A stretch of 64,000 nucleotides of DNA from Octopus vulgaris. Taxonomy: Eukaryota. The notes beneath the pieces are model-generated. The model had not been told where the DNA came from, did no database searches, and saw only the letters and a list, made by a program, of their open reading frames with translations. Shown here one piece after another: positions 42,219 to 56,759 of this stretch (position 1 is the stretch's first letter; each line of letters opens with the position of its first letter). A program made the translations under genes and the position numbers. The DNA is taken from positions 69,192,001 through 69,256,000 of the forward strand of contig OX597819.1 in the NCBI GenBank assembly GCA_951406725.2. The letters are read 5' to 3'.

Positions 42219-42557
42219 TGAGGGAGTGGGGCAGGTAAAATTTGGCAGGTATATATATATATATATATATTGTTGCTTCTTTCAGTCATTGGACCGCAAA
42301 AACGCTAGGGCTGAACTGAGTAGTGTACTTTTTATTTTAGTCCTCGTACTTATTCTCTCCGCTTCGTTTGCCGAGCCGTTGATTTTCAGGGACGTACACA
42401 AACTAACATTGGTTGTTCAGTGGTGATGCCAGAAGAAGGAGAGGGTACCGCGCAGTTAGGTTGGAACTGACCACAAAGGGAAGCTTACTTATTGTCACAC
42501 AGCTACGGCTGCACCTATATTCATATATATGTACATATGTCAGCGTTTCTGTGTGTA

Positions 42558-42588
<31 letters not shown>

Positions 42589-43158
42589 CTTTGTGTGTGT
42601 CTGTCCGTCTATTTCTTTGTCTGCCTGTCACTGTGTCTGTCTGCCTGGGTGTGTGTGATTATAAGATTCATAGGATCTAAATATAGAACAATTGTTAGAG
42701 TTGAGCTGCCCCTGGTAGGTATCAAGAACGAATTCCAAGATGAATATAAGGTTGTTCGATTCCCCTTATCGAAGTCTGATAATTGAAAAAAAAAAAAAAC
42801 TGTCACATTTCAAAAATAACCTTCGGTGAGTTAACTTCCGATGCCTTGACCACAATGAAACTTTCATATAATTTCGGTACTTTCGGGCTGAAGAATGGAT
42901 ACCTGAGTACTGATGTTTGAGTAATTATTACCCCAGATGAACTGCTAGTTACGAATCATATGTAGCGCAAATTTTACCTGCTCTCTCTCTCAATATATAT
43001 ATATGTATGTTTGTATGTGCATATATGTTCATGTATATATATGTACATATATATATGTGTATGTATATGTATGTATATAAATATATATATATATATGTGT
43101 GTGTGTGTGCGTGAATGTATGTATGTATGGATGGATGGATGGATGGATGGATGGATGG

Positions 43159-43189
<31 letters not shown>

Positions 43190-43730
43190 TATGCAAGAGA
43201 GACAAAACAGACGAGCAGAGAAAGATGGAGAAAGCAAGAGAGAACGTGACAATAAGACAAATTTTTGAAAGAAAATCTTTTATACAATAATATGAAAACT
43301 AAATATAATATAAACGTAGAATATTTAACGAAATTTAATCTTGTATACAATTCGATTCACCCTTTATTAAATATTTTTTGTCTACATTTTGTCGTATTTA
43401 ATATTGTGTATATCTTTTTTTTTCCAAATCTCTGTATATTCTATTTTTGTTATTATCTTTCACTCTTACTGGTTTTCCGCCATTTTCTCCTCGTTCTCAA
43501 TAGCATTTTCCCTCTACATATTATTCTGCTGTTTCTCTTCATTGTAATTTTGTATTAAATTTTCTGCTTTTTTATTGTCTCTGATATTATTTTACTATTA
43601 TTTACTTTTTTTTTTCGAATATCGGCCTCGTACCCACAAATACACACATAAACACACGCAGATATGCACATACATATACACAAATGTATGAGAATATAAT
43701 CATGTTGTGTATATCCTGTTGTGTATATAT

Positions 43731-43763
<33 letters not shown>

Positions 43764-43923
43764 TGTGTGTGTGTGTGTGTGTGTGTGTCTGTCTGTCTGT
43801 CTGTTTGTGTAATGTAGTTTAATCTTAATATTTTTTCTGTTTGGCCAGAATGAGACATCTGTAACGAAATATAGAAAGACACAGATAGGTGATATAAAAT
43901 TGACATAATGAATATATGAATGT

Positions 43924-43958
<35 letters not shown>

Positions 43959-44167
43959 CATACAGACACACACACACATACATATATTTAAATATTTATC
44001 CACATGCCGACATGCACTCTTACATACATGTATACAATTATATATATATTATATATATTCTTTTATTCTTCTATTTCTTGAGTGGTCTCAATTAGAGCCT
44101 GCGGCCATGCTGGGGCACCAAATATTTTGGCGTGGGTGTTTGCAGTTTTATTGTTTTGTTGTTTATA

Positions 44168-44249
<82 letters not shown>

Positions 44250-44266
44250 CGTATGTATGTATATAC

Positions 44267-45667
44267 ACAGGTTGTGATAGGTAAATTGTTGCCATTCTAT
44301 ATCCTTAAATTTTGCGCATGCGTATTGTTTGTTTTTGACTTTGTCGACAACACAGTACGGTAGGGTCTGTTGGCCACTGTTGGCTCCATGACGCAAATCA
44401 CACTGCCAGAAATTTGGAAACGACACGCTGTACCGCTTGGCAATCGCGTCGGAAGCTCCAATAAGATGCGCTAGAAGCTCCTTTACGAATATATGAGGAG
44501 AGTGTTAAAAATCAAACATCCCGTCAACATCAGAGTATTTGAAGTGCTCTCCAGTGATGGTGACATCATGCTTGCATTCAATTTCCCACACTATCTCACA
44601 CGCAACACGGAGGCCTGTATCAAATACCTGGGGGAGGTATTCCTGCCCTGGATAGAGAGGTTGGCTGCTGGATGTTCCTATGCCTGGCAATAGTACTCTG
44701 CACCATGCCACAAGAAAATTCAGTCAAAGCTGCCAGACAATATCTGCGACCATATGACCCCTAACATCTGGCCACCTAACTCCCAGACTGCAGCCCCTTG
44801 ATGATTGTGTGTGGGGTGCAGTTGAGCAAGGAGCCAACAAAACTCCTCATAACACTAAAGATGAACTGAAGGCAAGGATTATGGCAGCATTTATCACCTT
44901 AAACATGGAGACCGTCCACAAGAGTTGCTGAAGATTCCGAAGTCTTCTGGAGCCCGTAGTTGAAGCCAATAGGGATTTTATTAAATAAATTTACTCTTTA
45001 GTATTTTAAGATAATTTAAGTAATTTTGGTAAATATATCTGTTAGAATGAGATGTCTGTTATTTTCGAGAAAAAAATCAATTTTAAATCACCTGATCGAG
45101 AGAAAAAAAGTAACAGTACCGGATAGTAATGTTTACATGGCAACATAACGTGGCAGTCCTGCAAAGGACGATGTTACTGTTGTTTTAGCCCCAGGAAAAC
45201 AACTTTTCCAGCTGGCTATCGACGCACAGTCTGTGTCCCTATATAGCATTTGGAAGAAAGGTCATCGCTCTCCTCTCTAGGCTTACGTGATGCTCGCAGA
45301 CCTTGGTTTCTGCATGTTATCCCTCCTCAGTGCGGGACAATCGCCAGCTAGGGAAGAAAGCTATTTCCATTCGCAATTACTATATATTCTTTAAGCGACA
45401 CAGTCGTTGATCTCATTTCGAGAAAAACAACACGTTTTAAACGTCTGAGCGAGAGAAATACGATAACAGTACTGGATAGTAATGTTTATATACCAACATA
45501 ACATGACAGTCCTGTATCGACGATGCTGTTTTAGCCCCAGGATGACATCTTTTGCGGCCAGCCAACGACAGAGAGTCTGTGTCCGTATAATGCATCTGCA
45601 AGAGAGTTAATCGATCCCTTTATATTTTTGCGTAATGTAGATGACAGTTTATTCACTGCACCCTGTA
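44267..45667 (+). mobile_element. Degenerate DD37D (maT-like) Tc1/mariner transposon with internal deletion
   Basis: KHPVNIRVFEVLSSDGDIM..PWIERLAAG.SYAWQ*YSAPCH..NIWPPNS..PLD..VWGAVE over 44500-44990. Candidate TIRs caggttgtgataggtaaattg (44268) and cagtttattcactgcaccctg-TA (to 45665). Confidence 0.7.
45061..45620. repeat. Partial tandem duplication with ~354-bp period
   Basis: gagagaaa..taacagtac.ggatagtaatgttta..gttttagccccagga near 45098 and 45451. Confidence 0.8.
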
Positions 45668-46122
45668 TATACCAGTAATAAGTTATATACAGCCGTATAT
45701 GCATATGAAAAAAATGCGCATACACATGTATAAGTGAATGCATACAAACATCTATGGGTGTACAGCATCTCTCCACCTTGGTGTCCAATTTCATTACATT
45801 CGCATTTTACTCAATATGGCTTCCCGACGTTTAATTACAACTTAAATGTTCGAAATATATTATACAAAAAAGAAAACCACTATCACCGGTGATTCATTCA
45901 AGGATCTTCAGCAACGATAACTACAGTCACCTGTACCAAATCCATCACGATCGCCAATGCTTCATAGTATTATCTGATTGTTTTCAATGCGAATTTTGCA
46001 GATAAATGTTTTACTATCACCATTGCTCTCGCGCTCAGATCTAGTGGTACTAACACAAAATTAAAAGGCAATGAAAACGTCATTTAATGTAGCAGCAACA
46101 TATATATAAATACATACATACT

Positions 46123-46159
<37 letters not shown>

Positions 46160-46212
46160 CTACTCATATATATTTATATATATATATATTGTATATGTAC
46201 TTCTATATGTAT

Positions 46213-46260
<48 letters not shown>

Positions 46261-46695
46261 GTATCCGTGTGTGTGTGTATGTGTATTTATGTGTGTATAT
46301 CTAGGTACGAATAGCAGGCTAAGCTTCGCTATTACCCCGGAGGCTTTTCTCAATATAGCAATGATCGTCGCAAATTATTGAGAAAAACAATAATCGCCCG
46401 AAGGCGCCAACATGCCGACCAATGCACGCATTTTATGCATTGCCATTAACAAGCTATGTAACCTGCATCTTTCGTTTTAGGTTTTTCCTTTTTTTCCTGA
46501 CTCAGATCATTTAAACTATAGATGTTATGTAAGTGTATAACGTATGAAGAATGATATGTAGACATATATGTGTGTTTCTGTGTGTTCGGGTATGTGTCTG
46601 TGTCAGTGTGTGTTGTGTTAGTATGAGTATATTCTCTCTGTTTGTCCGTGTATCTGTCTCTCTCACTGTCTCTGTGACGCACACACGCATGCGCG

Positions 46696-46741
<46 letters not shown>

Positions 46742-47248
46742 AACACTCACACACACGCACTCAACCTACCTTTCAATAAAGCAAAAGCTTGGCCTTTATG
46801 CAAAAAAAATTCTAAAACATTTTCTCAATACATCGTTACATCACTCTTCTTCATTGGCGATGGAGGCACAAATAATTATTTGGTGCAAATTTCAAACCTT
46901 AAGGTGACTATTTAAAACCTCGTGACGATTAATATTCGAGTATTGGATATTCACATCCTGAAAAGGATGTTTCTTAATGATATATATATATATATATATA
47001 TATGAAACATTCCTGTCACAACCTGGGTCCTTGAAGACTGCTTAGATGCAAAAAAGTATACTAGTCCATTAATATTTGATATTTAGTATTTCATCTATTC
47101 AATAAGACAATCAATACTTCATTTCATTTTACTATATATATAATTTATATTATTTATTCTATATTCTACATTAATACTATAAAGAATATAAATAAAACAT
47201 AAACAACAGGCATAATATATATTCCTCTATACACAATCATACAAACCC

Positions 47249-47279
<31 letters not shown>

Positions 47280-47344
47280 CGGGAAGCTTTATGAAAATAG
47301 ACAAAAGACGAAGGCAGGTGGAATACAAACAAACAATTGTATTA

Positions 47345-47382
<38 letters not shown>

Positions 47383-47923
47383 CTATGGTGATGCAAACGG
47401 GAAGAATAGAACTAAAGCTATGAGTAGATGCGTATTTTTCTTAATATTTAGGAGAAGAATGCTTAGCGGTATTTCGTCTGCCGCCGTTATTTTCTGAGTT
47501 CAAATTCCGCCGAGATCGACTTAGCTTTCATGCTTTCTGGGTCGATTAAATACGTAACGCCGTCTTTTTTACGTGTTGCTCTGTGTATATGAGCGCGCGC
47601 GCGTGTGAACGTATATGTTTCGTGCTTTCGTTTCCACCCCAACCCCCATATACATACGCCCTGGTTGACAATCTGCAAATGAATTGAAAAAGATATCTGG
47701 TGTAGCTGGGTAACACCTAATGATTAAAGGTGGTACCCAGCGTATATATATTCCATGGAATATATTAACAAACGTGGTCCGAAACACCTGTAAATATTTT
47801 CCACTGAATTACCTAGTTGTTTCTCTGTATCATTCACGTATCGAAACATTCTCTATGTTTTACCGTTATATCTCATGTGAAATTGTTCGTTTTTGAGGCG
47901 TTTAACTTTTTGAGAGATAAAAG

Positions 47924-47970
<47 letters not shown>

Positions 47971-49093
47971 ACAATATAAATAGCAGAACGAAATCCGTCT
48001 TTCTCCTGTTATCTATATTAAACTTCATGATCATACTTAAGTTTAAATATTCCATATTATTCTTTTATTTCCCATTATATGTATAAGCATTATTCTGTAT
48101 CCTATCATATCTACATTACAACAGAAAAAAACAATTTAATTGTTGCTAGTGTATTTCCGTCCGAAAGCCTCAGTTATGCATAAACTCAAGTGGCCTCGAG
48201 CAATGGAATATAACAAAGGAATGAACAGCGATTAATTCTTGCATGCATCAGAACAGGGCTTTGCCCAAGAATTTCATTCAAATTAATAACGTATTGATTG
48301 CAGATAACGAAACCAACCACATTTTCGCGCAAGAAATGATAAAAAGATGGATGATAAAAAGACGCACAGAAAAACAAGAACACAATATTTGTGGCTTTCT
48401 ATTCATCAGTTAAGCTTCCAATCATCATTGCAGTTTCGGCCCGTTACACTTGAGACCGATCAAAAGTGGCAGGCCCCAAAACTCTAAGCCAAAGGCATGA
48501 GGTTTTGGGAAGAAAGCTAGTGAAAATGTGCAACAACAAGGAAGAAAAACGAGTAATTAAGTTAAGCTGGCACGTGAGGTGGAAGCCTTGCAGCAACAAG
48601 CATGGATTACGGTCAGGAGACAGAAAAATGAGGTTTCGTGCGAGCGGTGGTCAGGCCAAGAAAGATCAAGCTTGGCCGAGTACCGATAACGTGGGAGAAA
48701 CAGACAGATTGAAGATTTTGTGAAGGAACTCGAGAGGGAGAGGGGGGAAACGTACAAGGGAGATAACAGAAGAAAGTAGAGAGATTAAAATAAGAGAATG
48801 ACAAGAAATGTGAGAGAGGGGGAGTGAAACAAAGAAAAGAGGAAAGAAAGAAGAAAGTCGTACAGAACTTAGATATATATTTACAAGCTGAGCAAAGGTG
48901 TACGTACGCCGCTATATGTATATATAAATAAAAAAAAGGAACAAGATCGAATCGGACGACAATAACAACATAGGGACAGATGGACAGGAAAGCTTTCAAT
49001 CATCATTACAATATCAGCCTGTTAAACTTGAGAATGTTCAAAATTGGTAGGCCCCAAAAATCTAAGCTAACTTTCTGGAAAAAAAGCCAATGA

Positions 49094-49143
<50 letters not shown>

Positions 49144-49403
49144 GTGCATCCCTCCAGAGGATTTGTAGGCTAGTCAAATGCATAAAAATAGTGGACGTAA
49201 TACCTAGAATAGAAGCGTCGAGTAGAGCGAGCCGGAGCCGTCGGTGGTTTAGATGTCGAGTCTTCGGAAGTGAGAGTTCGGTAGTTGAGAAGAGGTACGT
49301 TATTGGCGAAGGCACGCCATCCGAACGTGCGATATACCATATATGTGTGTGTGTGTATCTGTCTGTCTGTCTGTTTGTGTCTGTGTGTGTATGTGCGGGT
49401 ATG

Positions 49404-49457
<54 letters not shown>

Positions 49458-49483
49458 ATTCTCTGTTATATATATGTTATATA

Positions 49484-50642
49484 TTTGAGGTTGTCCAGAA
49501 TGTTCGTGCCGATTTATAGTAGCTTACGTTTCCACTTATTTGAGAACATGGTTGAGTCCATAAAATAGGATTTTATTACACCTCCATTTAGAGCACAGTT
49601 TAAGCTATCTTTTCGTGGAAGAAGGTTTATGTTTCTATAACCTGTGTTAATTCTGTAAATGGAAGACAAGAAAGTTCATTTTCGGCACCTGATACTTTTC
49701 TTTTTCCGTAAAGGGAAATATGCCTCACAAGCAACCAAAGAAATATGTGCCGTTTACGCTGATGTTCCCTTATACGAAAGAACTGTACGAAAGTGGTTCT
49801 CAAGGTTCCGAGCTGGAGATTGTAGCCTTACTGATAAAGAGCGATCAGACAGACCATCCACTACAGATGATCACCAAATCGCTACGATGTTTGGGTACCA
49901 CATGAGTTCAGTGAGAAGAAGCTTTTGGATCGCGTTTCAATCAGTGATTCGTTTTATAAAAGGAATGAAAACGCGCCTATTTTAAAGCAAATTGTGACAG
50001 GTGATGAGAAATGGATTATCTACCGAAATGTTCAGAGAAAGCGATCCTGGAGTAAGCAACAAGAGCCACCCTTAGCCATCCCAAAAGCGGATCTTCACTC
50101 TAAATTACTCTTGCTTTGAGTCTGGTGGGAATGGAAAGGAATTCTGTACTATGAGCTTCTCCCAACTAACCAGACAATTAATTCTGAGAAATACTGCACA
50201 CAACTGGACGAGTTAAAAGCAGCAATTCAAGAGAAACGATCAGAATTGGCCAACAGGAAGTGTGTTGTTTCCAACATGATAATTAAGACCGCATATATTT
50301 TGGGAACTAGACAAACATTGCTGTAACTTGGCTGGGATGTGTTACTCCACCCTCCATATCCACCAGATATTGCTCCTTCGGATATACACTTATTCAGGGT
50401 TGTACAGTATAGTCTTAAGGGTAAAAATTTCAATTCCTTGGATGACGTAAAAAAATACCTTGATTAATTCTTTGCTATGAAACCACCTCAATTCTGGGAA
50501 GAGAGTATTTTCAAGTTAAAGGAAAGATGAAGACGCATTGTGCAACAAAATGATTCATATTTGGTTGGTTAAAAATGTAATGTCAAGTATTTATTGACCT
50601 TTTTCTTTCCTTTAAAAAACGACACGAACTTTCCGGAAAACC

Positions 50643-50645
<3 letters not shown>
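49484..50645 (+). mobile_element. Mariner (DD34D) transposon, near full length, inactive
   Basis: MEDKKVHFRH..TVRKWFSRF..VWVPHE..IVTGDEKW..HPPYPPDIAPSDIHLF. Diverged TIRs (gttgtccagaatgttcgtgccg and cgacacgaactttccggaaaac) in TA context. Contains stops, frameshifts and a deletion of the second HTH. Confidence 0.95.
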
Positions 50646-50714
<69 letters not shown>

Positions 50715-51624
50715 ATATATATATACTGATAAACCGATAGATAGACCGATAGAGTCTCACACGCATATACATATGTGTGTATTATAAATGCATACACGCG
50801 CACAAAATATTCATGCGCTATATCGTCTAGATGTAAAAATATCAAAAAATAATAAACCATTGCACAAACGGTAGCAAAATTAACCAAAAAACAATATTTA
50901 ACTTAATAGGTTTGAAACACCTCTCTATGGATTACATTACAGACTAAGAAACGTAATGGGCCAAACGCGTTACAATAAATAGTTTAACAGATATGACATG
51001 TCATCTTATGATGTATGGCCGCTCGGTTCTCCGCGGATACAGAAATCCTGATGGCCACAGAAAATAGCAAAACAAAACTGAATTTAAATGTTCACATCAT
51101 CATTTGCAATACCCAATGGATAGTTACTTCTGTGACCACTACTAAACAAAAGCAAATATACTAAAGGCGTAATCCAATAGAGAAAGAGAGAGAGAGAGAA
51201 GGTCATGTGATTCATTAATTACGATAAATAACGAGTTGTGTGAGAGATAGTTACCGCTCATTCTAATTCAATGATAAAGTATTCAAGTTAGAAAATTTGA
51301 CAAGAGTTCTAGCTATAAAAAGGCAATACCGCTAAGGAGCTTCTAGACTTATGTGTATATTATTTCTGTTGCACAAATTACTTTGGTTCACATTTTATGG
51401 TAGATCAAGCCAAGCTTTCTGGTCAACTTAGAGTTGTTCCTCTTTGTACAAGGTGCAGTGGAATATTTACAAGTTCAAAATGCATCCCCCAGTCTTCGAG
51501 GGCACGTTCCATTGATAATGAGTTGTCAAAACATTTTTCTCTTAAGCAAGAATTTTCTTTCTCCACGACAAACTGCAATGAAAGGCCTTTACAAGTTCAA
51601 AATCTTTGAAGCATACTTTCGGCT

Positions 51625-52080
51625 AAATGGCAGAATTGTTAGCACGCTGGACAAAATGCTCAGCGGCATTTTGTCTGTCTGCTCGTTCGGGGATCAAAAT
51701 CTGCTGAGGTCCAGTTTGTCTTTTATCCTTTCCGGATGGATAACATAAATTCCAGTTACGCACCGAAGTGATGCAATCGACTGGGTCCCTCCCCCCAAAA
51801 TATGATGCCTTTAGCCTATAGTAGAAAGGATTGTCACTTGGTTCAAAAAAGGCAGCTGACTGGCAGAATATATAAATTGTATTACACCGGACAATATGGT
51901 CAGCATCATTTCGTCCATCTTCCCTTTCTGACTTCAAATTCCACACCTGTGGAATTTGCCTTTCATCCTTTCCGGATCGATAAAATAAGTACCAGTTAAC
52001 TACTGGAACCAATGTAGTCAGATTACAAACCCACCTCACGAACGTACTGTCCCCCGTGCCATATTTTGCAACCGTTATAA
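51625..52080 (+). mobile_element. Two diverged SINE family 1 copies
   Basis: tggcagaat..gcattt..tttcatcctttccggat..aagtaccag occurs twice. Confidence 0.7.
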
Positions 52081-52681
52081 TTTAGTTCAATAAAACAAAA
52101 TTATAAAATATACATGTAAAACAAATAGCTTGTTAATGTTAAATAAATAGTCCCTGTTCGATAAACAATCATTTTCTGAAAAAGCCAGCGTTTAGCGACT
52201 GTTTCTATGTGTGTGAATATGTAAATTATGTTTGTATAGCTTAATGTAGGTGCAAACTTCCAAACCTGTTGATAGAGGATTAGAGCATTTAAACGCGGTC
52301 TTTAGGAACAAAAATAAAACACTACAGTCATCATGCACCATCTTCAACAACATCATCAGCATGACGATATTGATCAATATATTATATATAGCCATCATCA
52401 TCAATAACTTCCACCACATGCGACACCAACACCAATACCAGCAACAGAAGCAGCACTACCATCACTACCACCACAATCACCACAACCAAAAAGGAAGACA
52501 ACACCCGGGCCAATAATGTCGCAACATTAATGCTACTACTATACTAATAATAATAATAATAATAATGATAATGGTCATGATGAAAATAATAATAAGAATG
52601 CATGTCTACAAAAATATGTGTATATATATGTATATATAGATTTGTATATAACAAAATTATATGAAAGCATGTGTATGTATG

Positions 52682-52719
<38 letters not shown>

Positions 52720-52773
52720 ATATAATATATATGTTTATATATTTATATATGTATATAGACGTATGTATGTATA

Positions 52774-52827
<54 letters not shown>

Positions 52828-53449
52828 TATGCATATATATATATATGTACATGTGTATATATCTATCTATCTATATATTTATATATATACATACATATAT
52901 ATATGTATCATACTCACCCTCGCTTAGTTATTTATAACTTTGTAATCATAATGTGTAAAATTACATAGACATACACGCACACATATGCACAACAAGTACT
53001 CACACACACACACACTCGCACATACGAATAAATAAATATTTCACTGACCTAAATCAAAATTTCAGAAATGAATTTTCGTATCAATATTTTCATGTGTTTC
53101 TCCATTGCTTACTTACTTCCTTCTTTCACTCTTTGGCAAATGGTTTTCTTTTCTCGTTTGCTTTTATAGCTAGATTCTTTTTCTCGTTTAATAACCATTT
53201 CCCAAACACAACAGGGGGAAATGTTTTAACTTTAGTTTGGGATTTCAGTTCGTTAAAAACATGCGCGTCTATTTAAATGTATGCGTAAACGTATGTATCA
53301 ATACACCATTCAACTATGGCAGTAGATGAGTGATATTCTTAAGGCCGCAATTTACTCACACGCAGCACTTTTCCGGGCTTGTAGCTAATTCGGTTCTTAA
53401 CCAAATTGAAAACTGTTAACAATTTTGAAGAGGACTGGTCCCTAGTTAT

Positions 53450-54400
53450 ATTTTGGCATGACAAAAATTGGGATTTCATCCAGTAGAAAGAGGTTTACAT
53501 CAAAATGTGTAGGAACGATATAGGAGAGTAAGTAACGCCACCAATGAAGTTTAGACCTAAATGACTTTTATTTTAAAACGTAAAATATATTTATCTTAGT
53601 TTCAATGATACAAGAAAGCATAAAGTATTTCATAGTTTTGTTCCCATGCAAAAAGAAATTGTATTAAAAAAGATGTGATGTAAAATATCATGAAAAATAA
53701 TATTAGGCAAAAACATTGGATTTAAGTATAATTAACTTTTTTTATTTTAGAAACAAACCATATTTTAATTAAGCTTAAATGATAGAGCTCAATTCGAGGG
53801 ATTTCATGCTATCAATCTCATGCAATGAAGCTTTAAAAGAAAATAGTTCTGTGTGTTTGTTTCTCAAATTTAGCCCCATACATGTTATGTAGTTCTAAAA
53901 GTAGACTTTCAATATCTGTCACTGGCGTCATAGAAGTCGGGAAAAAGTTATCGAAGACACTGCTAATTGACACATTTGACACATTATTAATTAGCATAAC
54001 AGCATAGCCTGGAAAAAACATCGATTACATGGAAAAATGCGGACAAGAGACATAATATTCTTAAAATTATAAACCTGGAAAATTACAGGACATTTTATTA
54101 CACTTGGGAAAGTTCAGAACAGCATATTACATGTGGTAAAGTATAGAAGAAGAAAATTATTACTTAAAATATTGCAACCAAGGACAAAATTTGAATATTA
54201 AAAATTACTTTAATTTACAAAGTAACATTGTAATTATACAAGATACCACAATTTCGTTCAAATATGGACACACTGGAATACTTAAAGAACGAGAGCCAAA
54301 AGAACCAATATAGCTAAAGTTTTATACAAAGCAGAATAGTATGGTACATGGTAAGCAAATTCATTATGTAAAATAATAGGCATTGGGTCAAGACTAAAAA
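53450..54400 (+). pseudogene. Decayed R4/Dong LINE remnant
   Basis: AWKKHRLHGK and an IAxxDQxLxxKNY-like segment in broken frames. Confidence 0.35.
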
Positions 54401-54797
54401 TGTGAAGAATTGGCAATAACTTAGGCAATGTCTCAAGCAAATTTTACTGTGAATTTGTTGCTATAGGCAGATTTTACTGTAGTATATAACTAATTTTTGT
54501 ATTATTCTGTTTATTGTACTAACTAATTATGTACTACTATTATTTATATAACCTATTTTCAAATTTCTAATTATTATTTAATAATTTAAAAATTGAATAT
54601 TTAAAGGGCGAAAAATACTATGAGTTATATTTTATTTTTATTAGAAATAACAAGTAAGAACTGGCCAGAAAGGAACGCGAAAATAAACAGGGAGAGAAAA
54701 CAGAAAAAAGGTTTAGAGGTTAGCGATTTATCATGACGAATATGTTTTTACCTGTTACTTCTTTTATATATATAAATAATAAAGCTCCAAGTGGATG

Positions 54798-55193
54798 ACA
54801 ATCGAAAGAAAAGCAGTTTACAGAACCTTACGATCGTTTCGAGGAATGGGTTTGTATTGGGCGAGTATTGAAGCCGATACAAACATTCGCATTTCTCTCA
54901 TCAGAGGTACAAACAAATCGATTAAAATAGTTGAAAAATTGAGAAAGCTTAAAATAACACCTCCTTACAGAAGCCATATCGAGTAATGTTATATATTTTA
55001 AAAAATATTACTCGATATGATTTCAAGTTCTGTAAGTAGGAGATAGTTTAAGCTTTCTCAATTTTTCAACTCTTTTCTGCACCTCTGATGAGAGAAAATG
55101 CAACTATTTATAGCAGCTAGAAAACTTGCCCGATACAAAGGCTATACTCGAAACGATCGTAAGATTCTGTAATACTGCTTTTCTTTGGATTGT
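54798..55193. mobile_element. ~395-bp foldback element with two outward-facing hammerheads (family E)
   Basis: Minus 54825-54908: ACCT-CTGATGA-GAG..CTC-GAAA-CGATCG-TA-AGGT. Plus 55081-55165: ACCT-CTGATGA-GAG..CTC-GAAA-CGATCG-TA-AGAT. Symmetry centre near 54997. Confidence 0.85.
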
Positions 55194-55383
55194 AATATTG
55201 GAGCGCTTGAATCCTAACATCTCCCTGAATTTTTTATGTATTTTGTATTCCAGTGATAAAGGAACTTGACTTACTGAAGTCTGCCATCCACTTCGAATTT
55301 TTTTAAAAATTTGCTCGTTGTGAGTATTACTTAGATGCACTACAACAAAGGTTTTACTTTTTTCTTATTACTCTCTCTCTCTC

Positions 55384-55544
55384 CCATCTAGAAAATTACA
55401 TATAATAGAAATATTAAATATAAGATGAAAAATATTATACTAAATATATACATTTTATTTATTATTTTGAACATTATTTAATCATCAGTATATTATTCTT
55501 TATCTTATTTTAAATATTTCTATTATATGTAATTTTCTAGATGG
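55384..55544. repeat. AT-rich inverted repeat with 32-bp perfect outer arms
   Basis: ccatctagaaaattacatataatagaaatatt pairs with aatatttctattatatgtaattttctagatgg. Confidence 0.85.
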
Positions 55545-55672
55545 TGAAATTTAATTTTTCATTTGAAAGTTTTTTTTCTAATTTATATATATATATATTA
55601 TATTTTGTGAAATTTGATTTAGTATTTCTAAATTAAATTCTTACCTGTAAGTTTGGAATAATATTCCTTCAA

Positions 55673-55706
<34 letters not shown>

Positions 55707-55797
55707 AACCTACGCACACCAACATACACACACGCACATATATATATAGAAAGAGAGAGAAAGAGACAGGGTTAGATATACTTAAACACACACAACC

Positions 55798-55851
<54 letters not shown>

Positions 55852-55956
55852 GTATTTAAACATATATGTATATATAGGTATATATGGAAAGATAACTGGC
55901 TTTATTAGATAGATACATACATACATACATATATACATACGTACATACGTACATGC

Positions 55957-56038
<82 letters not shown>

Positions 56039-56426
56039 GGACAGTTATGGGTCTCAGTGTGAATGTATTTATCTCGATCTATTATTATGATTATCACCGC
56101 AATCACCACCACCGTTATCATCATAGAACACAAACGGTTGATATTTGTTGTAGAGATTATGCGTGAGTCAATGACATTGCATTCATGACGTAGCAGATTA
56201 AAGCAAACACCTCACCTAGTTATTGCCAGTAATTAGATTAAAATAGAATATTTTTCTCACCTCTGCTTCATTAAATTATTTTCTAATTAACTTTCAGATT
56301 TTTGTAAAATTTTTTCTTGCTATTTTTATTAATGTGTCTGTCGGTAGGTGTAGGTCTATATGTTGAGGAAGACACGCATGTATATGTATGTGAACATACA
56401 CCCGCCCACACACAAACAAATATATA

Positions 56427-56504
<78 letters not shown>

Positions 56505-56609
56505 CAAATATATATAAATGTATATATATATGTGTGTATATATACATATATATATGTATGTACATATATGTTTGTATATATGCATATATTTATATATTTA
56601 TATCATACG

Positions 56610-56643
<34 letters not shown>

Positions 56644-56728
56644 CATATATATATATGTAGATAATATATATGTGTATGTATGTATATATCCATATATATA
56701 TATATATATATATATATGTTTACGTATG

Positions 56729-56759
<31 letters not shown>

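Noticed and set aside
42886-42966. CTGAAGA...GAAT-CATATG-TA hammerhead-like motif; similar weak cases near 3965-4000, 47028-47065 and 50925-50972
   Set aside because: Core or stems too degraded to score, so they are not counted among the HHRs.
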